Assembly (NCBI GenBank): GCA_963675295.2
Contig: CAXXKJ010000002.1
Span: forward strand, 2,400,001-2,464,000
From: a bacterium
Lineage (GTDB): Bacteria > Electryoneota > Electryoneia > Electryoneales > Electryoneaceae
Reading direction: 5' to 3'
Length of the DNA stretch: 64,000 bases
The notes under the pieces are model-generated. The model made no database searches, was not told the DNA's origin, and saw only the letters and a program-made list of their open reading frames with translations. How positions within the stretch are numbered: the first letter of the stretch is position 1; every line of letters starts with the position of its first letter. A program made the position numbers and the translations under genes. Positions 56,748 through 64,000 of the stretch are shown piece by piece.

Positions 56748-57571
56748 TGCCTGAAAATCGACGACTGCCCTTTCTGCCGCTTCTGATTTTCCTTCTCGTA
56801 CTGCTCACCGCGCAGGGAGTGCAGGCACAACCGCAAACGGGCAGTGAACCGGTTGACCGGATCGAACAGTATTATCTCGAAGGACGCCTCGACAAGGCTG
56901 AGCTGGAAGCACTCCGTCTGCTCAACCGTCCGACCGGCCTGACCGAGTTCGAGCGAGGTGAACTCTGCCGCATTCTAGGATTTACGTCCGTTGCCCGGGA
57001 CGAAACCGAACAAGCGAAACAGTACTTTCGTACAGCGTTTCAGTACAATCCGAATATGCGGCTGGACCGGAACCTGACCTCACCGAAAATCCTCTCGGTG
57101 TTTGATGAGGCAAGGATCGAGTTCAAGCAGGTGCGGATTCTCGACCGTGAAGCGCTGGTTAACGATCTCAAGAGCTACCGGCTGCGTGTGGAAGGCGGGG
57201 TACGCTCGCTTCTGTTCCCGGGTCTTGGCCAGTTGCACAAGGGTCACAAGCTTCGCGGCAACATGATGCTCGGCGCGACCGGGATCGCGATCGTGGGGCT
57301 GGTGTATTCGCACGTAATGGTGCTGGATGCCGAGGACCGCTACACGCAAAGCGAAGACCCGATCAGCGCCCAATCCAACTACGACGACTACCTCACCTAC
57401 TGGCAGTGGCGGTACAGCTTTGGCTACGCCATCGCGGCGGTGTGGATCGGCTCAACGCTGGACGCGTTCCTGTCGCCGCCTGCCGAATCAGCGTACGACC
57501 GGATTACGATTGAACTGGCGTACGATCCGCAGTCACGGACTCCAATGGCGGGACTGGCATTCCACTTTTAA
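56747..57571 (+). CDS. Exported TPR-like protein with C-terminal DUF5683-like membrane region
   Basis: Signal peptide, AKQYFRTAFQYNP, SPKI, RSLLFPGLGQ; TGATG coupling to fixX. Confidence 0.65.
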   Translation: MPENRRLPFLPLLIFLLVLLTAQGVQAQPQTGSEPVDRIEQYYLEGRLDKAELEALRLLNRPTGLTEFERGELCRILGFTSVARDETEQAKQYFRTAFQYNPNMRLDRNLTSPKILSVFDEARIEFKQVRILDREALVNDLKSYRLRVEGGVRSLLFPGLGQLHKGHKLRGNMMLGATGIAIVGLVYSHVMVLDAEDRYTQSEDPISAQSNYDDYLTYWQWRYSFGYAIAAVWIGSTLDAFLSPPAESAYDRITIELAYDPQSRTPMAGLAFHF

Positions 57572-57601
57572 CACAGATACAAACCAGATGGTTTGAGATA
57601 G

Positions 57602-57633
57602 AAACGGATCCGGCAGTTGCCGGATCCGTTTTT
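57602..57633. terminator. Bidirectional terminator
   Basis: AAACGGATCCGGC-AGTT-GCCGGATCCGTTTTT. Confidence 0.88.
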
Positions 57634-57644
57634 CTGCGGGGAAG

Positions 57645-57717
<73 letters not shown>

Positions 57718-57785
57718 CAGCTGCTCACCAATGTGAGCTGCAAGAAACACCCGCGCCTTGGGCACGGGTGCAGTAAAGCGGCTCA

Positions 57786-57814
57786 AATGTAATCGGAACG
57801 GGGCGTGTTCACAA
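57786..57814 (-). promoter_or_regulatory. Promoter of tRNA-Thr
   Basis: TTGTGA-17 bp-TACATT(TG). Confidence 0.55.
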
Positions 57815-57876
57815 GTACGCCGGGCCGAAGAGTCTCAGGACTCCAGCGCGCTCACGCCCGTTCCGTAAACCACAAA

Positions 57877-58521
57877 TCAGCTTTCGAAGAACGGCGCGAT
57901 GCTCTCGAGCGGAATCTTGAGCGTCTTGACCGACTTCTCCTGGACGACCAGGTGTTCGACAATATGTCCGATCACATCCATGTCGACCGGCTTCGTCAAG
58001 ACGAGGTCGGCCCCGATGCGCAGAGCTTCCTGACCGTTTTCCCTGTTAAGGAAACCGGTGACGACGACGACATGGCAGTTGCGCAGGCGGTTGTCGCTGC
58101 GGATGTCCCGGAGGACGTGGAAACCGTCCAGCCCGGGCATCATCAGGTCCAGGAACACCAGTTGCGGAACGCGGCGGCTCAATTTGCGGCCGGCGTCGTA
58201 TCCGTCGATGGCGTACGTAATCTCGAGCGCGGGGAAGCGTTCTTGCAGGTTGCGCACAAGAGCTGTGCGGGTATCCTCATCGTCCTCGACGACGAGAATG
58301 TGTCCGGTGCTCTCTTCGCTGACAGCCTGGGGGCTCGAGCGTTGCTGATGACGCCGCAGGAACTTGTCCAGCTCCTCACGGTTAATTCTCCGGTGACCGC
58401 CGGGTGTCCGTGCGGCGGGCAGCCAGCCCTTGCGGACCCAGCTGTTCACCGTTTGATGGTGGACACCGACAATCTTGGCAACTTCGAATGTCGACAGTAC
58501 TTCTTTCTTGGAGAGATCCAT
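57877..58521 (-). CDS. Response regulator with N-terminal excisionase/MerR-like HTH
   Basis: LSTFEVAKIVGV...TPGGHRRI; REC domain VVEDD, FLDLMMPGLDG, LTKP. Confidence 0.88.
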   Translation of the reverse strand: MDLSKKEVLSTFEVAKIVGVHHQTVNSWVRKGWLPAARTPGGHRRINREELDKFLRRHQQRSSPQAVSEESTGHILVVEDDEDTRTALVRNLQERFPALEITYAIDGYDAGRKLSRRVPQLVFLDLMMPGLDGFHVLRDIRSDNRLRNCHVVVVTGFLNRENGQEALRIGADLVLTKPVDMDVIGHIVEHLVVQEKSVKTLKIPLESIAPFFES

Positions 58522-58702
58522 CTGCCACTCATCCGTTAAATCTTCTAGCGGGCGTTCACGTAATCATAAGAATATATGGCTTGATCCCCCCCGAGAGCAA
58601 CACCTTTTCGGATATTTCGACGTGGTGCTCTCTCCTGGAGCACTAAAAGTTGTAAAGATCCGTAATACCGAGTGGTTGTCCGCAAAACTCGACTCATAGT
58701 CA

Positions 58703-61330
58703 CTATTTAACCAGCTTCAACCTCCGGCTGAGCTTTTCGCTATCTGTCGTTGCGACAACGATATACGTTCCGCTCGCGAGACTGAGACCGTCCTCACTCG
58801 AAGCATTCCATGTCCATTCTGTTACTCCGGCGTTTGTGAATTGTTCACTCGCAAGGGTTGTCACCTCACGGCCGAGCAAATCGTAGATCACCAGAGTCAG
58901 GTTTGACGGAGTTGGCAGATTCATCCGAATTGTCGTTTGCGCGTTGAACGGATTCGGGTATGATATGAGTGTTAGTTCGCTCGAGGTCGGAATTGTCGCG
59001 GGAATATCCTCAACACTCAGGTCACCTAGCAGAATACTGTACATCGAGCGGCCGTGGGTTCCGGCGACCAGGCGGCGTTCGCCCGGGATGAACTCGAGGT
59101 CGAAGACGGCGGACATCGGCAATCCTTCCCCGAGCGCGGCCCAGTTCTGGCCGTAGTCGAGGGACACGAATACGCCGTAGTCGTTGGCGACATACAGCCG
59201 GGCGGTGTCGTGCGGATCAATGATCACGTCGTTGATCGGGCCCTCCGGCAACTGGGTGTCCGGATTGCTACCGGAGACGGATGTCCAGTTCGCGCCGAAG
59301 TCGTCACTGCGGTACAGATGCGGCGTTTCGTCACTGACCCGGTGGCCGGAATAGGCGGCGTAGAATATGTTTGCGGAATCGGGATGGGTCGCGACACGGC
59401 TGACCCACATGTCCGGTAGTGGATCTTGATTGATCTGATGCCACTCGGCGCCGGCGTTGTCCGTGTACCAGACGTTCGCGTCGTCCGTGCCGACAAGGAT
59501 CAGTCCCTGCTGGACACTAGACGCGGAGATGGTGGTGATGGTGCCGTAGGTGAGGTTGCCGGGGTCGTCGCCGTTGGTCAGGTCGCCGGAAATATCGGTC
59601 CAGGACGTGCCCTGATTGTCCGTCTGCCAGATACGGTAAGTGCCGGCATACAGGCGGTCGTAGTTGAACGGATCAAAGCAGTAGGGTGTCATCCAGTTGG
59701 TGCGGTCATCGGCATCGGCCCATTCCAGGTTGATGAACTCGAAGTTTGATCCACCGTCGAGCGACCTCAGCAACGACCCGTTCTGGTAGCAGACGTAGAT
59801 CACATCCGGGTCGCGCGGGTCGACGAGGCAGTAGAAACCATCCGCGCCAAAGATTTTCTCCCAGTTGTCGATGCTGCCGTCCGGGGTGCGCATGGTGCCA
59901 TTGTCCTGCGTGCCGCCGTAGAGCCGCCACGGTTGGCTCGGATCGTGCGTGATGGCGTAAAACTGTGTCGCAGCGAGGGAGCTGAACTGGATTGAGCTGT
60001 CGCCACGGTTCTGCGAGGCGTTGTAGCCGCCGTCGTGCACGCTGATAACCTGACTCGGGTTGTTCGGGTTGATCAGGAAGCCGTGATTGTCAACGTGCGC
60101 ATCTTCGAATACGCGAACCCAGTCAAACCCTCCGTTTGTCGTGCGCAGGATGTACACACCGCCGAAGTACGCGATGTCTGGATCCTCGGGGTCGACGATG
60201 CTCTCGCCGAAATACCAGCCGAAACTGTTGTAGATGTAGTCGTGGTACCATCCGAAGTGGAGTTCGGACCAGGAATCGCCACTGTCAGTGCTTTTCCAGA
60301 CTCCGATGATTTCACCCGGATGGTTACTGTGCGACAGGTAGAGCACGTTCGGGTTTGATGGGGAGATGGCGAGTGATCCGCGCCCGACGTTTTCGTAGTT
60401 CGGGATGCCGTTGGTCAGGTGTGTCCATGTGTCGCCGCCGTCCGCACTGCGCCAGACGCCACTGTTGATGCCCGCGACCATGCGGCGGTCCGGGAAGCGG
60501 TACCGTTGCCACATCACCGCGTACACCGTGTCCGGGTTCAGCGGGTTGATCTCGATATCGACACAGCCGGTGGTATCGTTGAGCGCGAAGACCTGTTCCC
60601 AGGTGTCGCCGCCGTTCTCGGTGCGATAAACGCCACGTTCTTCGTTGAAGCCGAACAGCTTGCCCATCACCGCGACGAAGATGCGGTCACTGTCTGTTGG
60701 GTCGATGACGATGCGGCCGATGTGGTAGGATTCCGGCAGGCCTTTCCAGGTCCACGTTTCGCCACCATCCTCGCTGAGGTAGATGCCGTTGCCGGGATAG
60801 CTGTCACCGGAGGCGTTCGCTTCACCGGTGCCGAACCAGATGCGATCCGGATTCTGCATGTCGATGGCGATCGCACCGCCTGAAAGTGCAAAGTCTTCCG
60901 CGAAGACCGGCTCGAAGTTCAATCCGGCGTCGGTGGATTTGTACACCCCGCCCAACGCTCCGGCCACGTATACGGTGGAGAGCTCGTCCGGATGGACCGC
61001 AACCCCGGTCAGCCGGCCGCCGATATTCGTCGGTCCCTCGAACTGCCACGCTTCGTCAAGCTCGCGCGGGACGCTGTGCAGCCGTTTGGCCTGCAGGCGT
61101 GCGTCCCGGACGGCGTCCATGTTCAGGGTTCCGTCCGGCCCGACGCGCTGCACCATGAACCAATCGCTCGGCTGTTTCACCGGACCACGCTGGTACTGCT
61201 TGAGGTCCTGCAACAGGGCATCAGTGCTGCGATAGGGGAGTCTGCTGTCTGGTTGCGGCACCAGCCAGATCAGAGCTGTCAGAAGCAACGTAGCCGCAAC
61301 CGCTCCAGCGGTGCGTGTAAGGGCAGCCAT
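58703..61330 (-). CDS. BNR/Asp-box (sortilin/VPS10-like) beta-propeller protein with T9SS C-terminal sorting domain
   Basis: GPTNIGGR, repeated SxDGGxTW, THGRS; CTD YPNPFN...IYDLLGREV...LASGTY...LKLVK. Confidence 0.9.
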   Translation of the reverse strand: MAALTRTAGAVAATLLLTALIWLVPQPDSRLPYRSTDALLQDLKQYQRGPVKQPSDWFMVQRVGPDGTLNMDAVRDARLQAKRLHSVPRELDEAWQFEGPTNIGGRLTGVAVHPDELSTVYVAGALGGVYKSTDAGLNFEPVFAEDFALSGGAIAIDMQNPDRIWFGTGEANASGDSYPGNGIYLSEDGGETWTWKGLPESYHIGRIVIDPTDSDRIFVAVMGKLFGFNEERGVYRTENGGDTWEQVFALNDTTGCVDIEINPLNPDTVYAVMWQRYRFPDRRMVAGINSGVWRSADGGDTWTHLTNGIPNYENVGRGSLAISPSNPNVLYLSHSNHPGEIIGVWKSTDSGDSWSELHFGWYHDYIYNSFGWYFGESIVDPEDPDIAYFGGVYILRTTNGGFDWVRVFEDAHVDNHGFLINPNNPSQVISVHDGGYNASQNRGDSSIQFSSLAATQFYAITHDPSQPWRLYGGTQDNGTMRTPDGSIDNWEKIFGADGFYCLVDPRDPDVIYVCYQNGSLLRSLDGGSNFEFINLEWADADDRTNWMTPYCFDPFNYDRLYAGTYRIWQTDNQGTSWTDISGDLTNGDDPGNLTYGTITTISASSVQQGLILVGTDDANVWYTDNAGAEWHQINQDPLPDMWVSRVATHPDSANIFYAAYSGHRVSDETPHLYRSDDFGANWTSVSGSNPDTQLPEGPINDVIIDPHDTARLYVANDYGVFVSLDYGQNWAALGEGLPMSAVFDLEFIPGERRLVAGTHGRSMYSILLGDLSVEDIPATIPTSSELTLISYPNPFNAQTTIRMNLPTPSNLTLVIYDLLGREVTTLASEQFTNAGVTEWTWNASSEDGLSLASGTYIVVATTDSEKLSRRLKLVK

Positions 61331-61426
61331 GAGAATCTCTCCGCGAAGTTCCGCATCCAGGCGATAAACGGGTACAGCCGGGGGTTGATGCGTATGTTGA
61401 CCCGTTCGAATCGGGTGGTACCTATC

Positions 61427-61467
61427 GTACGTTACAATAACGTACAGACAGCCTGCGACTCCCGCAA
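61427..61467 (-). promoter_or_regulatory. Promoter with overlapping palindromic operator
   Basis: TTGCGG-17 bp-TACGTT on the minus strand; the -10 box lies within GTACGTTA-CAA-TAACGTAC. Confidence 0.55.
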
Positions 61468-61509
61468 GCAGTGATGACAGGGTGAAAAGTCAATTACGCC
61501 GGAGAGAGC

Positions 61510-61537
61510 AAACCCCGATGAAACTCACCGGGGTTTT
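61510..61537 (-). terminator. Terminator after tRNA-Phe
   Basis: AAACCCCGATGA-AAC-TCACCGGGGTTT hairpin. Confidence 0.7.
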
Positions 61538-61541
61538 GGTG

Positions 61542-61614
<73 letters not shown>

Positions 61615-61692
61615 ATCAATGCTTGTTTCGTCCGTCTTGTCTTCTGGCTCATACCTTCAACTCCCTGAACCGTGACGCGTCGAACGGGCAGG

Positions 61693-61722
61693 AAGATAGA
61701 GCAACAAGGGGGATCGTGTCAA
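61693..61722 (-). promoter_or_regulatory. Promoter of tRNA-Phe
   Basis: TTGACA-18 bp-TATCTT. Confidence 0.65.
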
Positions 61723-61987
61723 TGCGTGAAACTCCAAATCGGTTCCCTGCTCCCCTTGTCCCTGATTCCGTTGACTAGTAGGCTTGCGATCCGGCTATCA
61801 GCCGGAACAACTGAAGATTGTTCTTCTGCCGTCCAACCTGAATGCTACCTCACCATCTGCTGATCTGATCAGGCGATACGTACTCCATCCGCAACGCAGA
61901 ACAAAGGGGAGATCACCGTCTCATGGTAGACAGATGCAGATGACCGAAGGTGGGAAGGCGACTCCAGACGGGTGGTTGCTGCAAACG

Positions 61988-62017
61988 AAAAACCCTCGAC
62001 GAAGAACGTCGAGGGTT
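61988..62017 (-). terminator. Terminator of the small secreted protein gene
   Basis: Minus strand AACCCTCGACG-TTCTT-CGTCGAGGGTT followed by TTT. Confidence 0.82.
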
Positions 62018-62051
62018 GAATCCGGATGCTCCGGTCTAATTTCGTTTGGCC

Positions 62052-62441
62052 TTAGCCCACCACTTCGATGGTGCAGGAATCCTGATCGGCCAAGTAACCA
62101 TTCTGGCTGTACAGGAACACGTTGAAGGTGTACTCACCCAACGGGGCGCAGTCCGGGATCAGCACGCAATCTTCGCGGGACTGATCGCCACACCAACGCA
62201 GCGTGATGTCGTAGACACCCTGCAGCCAGTAACCACCACTCGGTCCTTCCACATAGACTTCGAGGACGACCGGATGCTGACCCACCAGGTTGTGATCAAA
62301 CGTGATCGTAAAGCAGGCGTACTCGCCCTGCATCACAGTCGGCGTATCACAGGTGATGTCAACATGCGCGTAATACTGCGCTGCTGCCAAGCCTGGCAAC
62401 AGCAGCACTCCAAGGAGGAGCGCAACCGCAAAACTCCGCAT
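62052..62441 (-). CDS. Small Cys-rich secreted single-domain beta-sandwich protein
   Basis: Signal peptide ending AAA-Q, AGGAGG Shine-Dalgarno, own terminator, six Cys in the mature part. Confidence 0.8.
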   Translation of the reverse strand: MRSFAVALLLGVLLLPGLAAAQYYAHVDITCDTPTVMQGEYACFTITFDHNLVGQHPVVLEVYVEGPSGGYWLQGVYDITLRWCGDQSREDCVLIPDCAPLGEYTFNVFLYSQNGYLADQDSCTIEVVG

Positions 62442-63327
62442 TTCTTTTTCCCTCCTATTTGATGCCCAAGTTTTTCCGGTGCTCAAACCCAGCTCGCACT
62501 GGGTGTTCGTCTAAAGATAACAACTAAGTCAAGCAAAAGCATGTTTGAAAATGTCAGACGTTAGGTCTTCCGAACTCTCTTCCTCCTGATTGGTTTCTGG
62601 ATCTGATACCCGAATCTATGGATTTCAATGCTTTACGATTCGTAAACCGCGATAATGTTCAAAAAGCCTAAAATTCCTAAAGGCTCTCAAGACCTCCCGG
62701 AGGACCTGTACACCGCGTCAACTCTGTTAGATCTGTCTGAATAGCTAGTATTCAACAGTATCAGAATCGTCAGAAACACGAAATTCAAAAATCACGAAGT
62801 CGTGTCTGCACACCAGCCGGTCCGTTAATCGGATTCGTTCAGCGTCCGCCAATTGACAGTGAGCGGGGCTGAGGTTGTACCGGTGCAGGTCTACTTCACC
62901 CTTTCAAAGACCATCAGTTGTAAGAATACGGGCTTTTTCTCGGTAATGCAACACGAACATGCATTTTTCTGAAGCTCGTACACACTATCAGGGAGCGGTG
63001 TCACCGCCTGCATCTGAGACGTTTTTGTCCAGACTAAGTTCCGTAGAAATTTAAAATTGCCCCGAAGGACGCGGAATATGCTCGTGCTGGTTGCTGGTAG
63101 TCCAGTATTGTTCGACTCTCCTGACTCCAGGGGCAACCGTTTCGGCGGGAGGTATCCCAGGGTGCTCCCCGATGCTGAAAGTGCGATACGGGCAATGGTT
63201 GCGTGCGTCTCAGCATCCATACTTTTTGCATCACTCGGTTTGGACCGGGGTCATGGATTACAGATCATTTGATCTTCATACACAACGATTGTAAAGCAGT
63301 TGAAAAACAAGTACAAGGAGGTAGTTG

Positions 63328-64000
63328 ATGCGCATGCGAATGGGGGGTATGGTCTTATTGGCGGTCGTATTGATGATTGCCACCACGTCTGTCACGAACG
63401 CTCAGTCGTCGGCGGACACCGGTTGGAGTCTCTCAGGTACGTTCAACTTGACCCACACCCAGAGTGCGTACAGCACCAACTGGGATGGTGATGAACAGGG
63501 CCAGATTTCCTGGAAGTCCCAGCTGAATGTGATTGCCGAGAAGCAGCTCAGCGATCTGTTCCACAACCGCAACACGTTGGATCTCGAATACGGTCAGACG
63601 CAGACGCAGGATCGTGATATTGATGCATGGACACGTCCGACCAAGAACGCGGACAAGATCGAGTTCGAGACGGTGCTTCGCTTCACCTTGCACGGATTTG
63701 TGGACCCATACGTCTCGGGCCGGTTCCTCTCGCAGTTCACGGACAAGCGTGCCGGTGACATCGAATGGGTGAACCCGATCACATTGACCGAGAGTGCTGG
63801 TATCGCCAAGACCCTGCTGAAAAACGAGGATAAGCAGCAGGAATGGCTAGCTCGGTTAGGTCTGGGAGTACAACAGCACATCGACCGCAAGGTTCCGACG
63901 GTGGATGCGAACGGCAACCTGGACTATGAGAGCAAGACAACGACCTACGCTGGAATCGAACTGGTGTCCGAACTGTTGAGCCAGGTGATCAACGAGAACC
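63328..64000 (+). CDS. DUF3078-like outer-membrane beta-barrel protein (3' end outside the window)
   Basis: AAGGAGG Shine-Dalgarno; MRMRMGGMVLLAVV signal; GW..SGTFNLTHTQSAYSTNW, LDLEYG, KNADKIEF, FLSQF; open to the window end and absent from the ORF track. Confidence 0.78.
   Translation, partial: MRMRMGGMVLLAVVLMIATTSVTNAQSSADTGWSLSGTFNLTHTQSAYSTNWDGDEQGQISWKSQLNVIAEKQLSDLFHNRNTLDLEYGQTQTQDRDIDAWTRPTKNADKIEFETVLRFTLHGFVDPYVSGRFLSQFTDKRAGDIEWVNPITLTESAGIAKTLLKNEDKQQEWLARLGLGVQQHIDRKVPTVDANGNLDYESKTTTYAGIELVSELLSQVINEN

Noticed and set aside
63125-63170. GGGCAACC...GGG as a c-di-GMP-I riboswitch
   Set aside because: Lacks the GNRA tetraloop/receptor pair and the GCAAAGC junction of that class.
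62891-63220. 109-aa minus-strand ORF
   Set aside because: No Shine-Dalgarno, motif or typical codon bias; treated as spurious.

Overview
GC-rich chromosomal backbone of a diderm, LPS-making bacterium. T9SS-type cargo, PorV-like and DUF3078-like barrels point to an FCB-superphylum or related candidate lineage (inference). Core genes present: rho, lolA-ftsK, pgsA, smpB, ispB-like synthase, apbE, heptosyltransferase, waaA, ackA, pheST-zapB-like-zapA-6S RNA-rny, hutH, gmhB, gmhA, ugd, leuS, fixCX, and three tRNAs (Glu-CTC, Thr-CGT, Phe-GAA). A complete arginine-to-spermidine operon sits behind its own HTH-cupin regulator. No integrase, transposase, prophage or CRISPR array is visible. The best novelty candidate is a Zn-ribbon + putative H-lectin/gp53-like + HEPN (RNxxxH) protein next to mltB. 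Others: switch-like RNA leaders before speD and an ATP-grasp/GT4 pair, a pseudogenised PD-(D/E)XK nuclease in a repeat-rich gap, dispersed palindromic repeat families, stop-codon-carrying tandem repeats at gene ends, and a shared C-terminal domain on two secreted proteins. All calls are by eye from motifs; no database search or folding was run.
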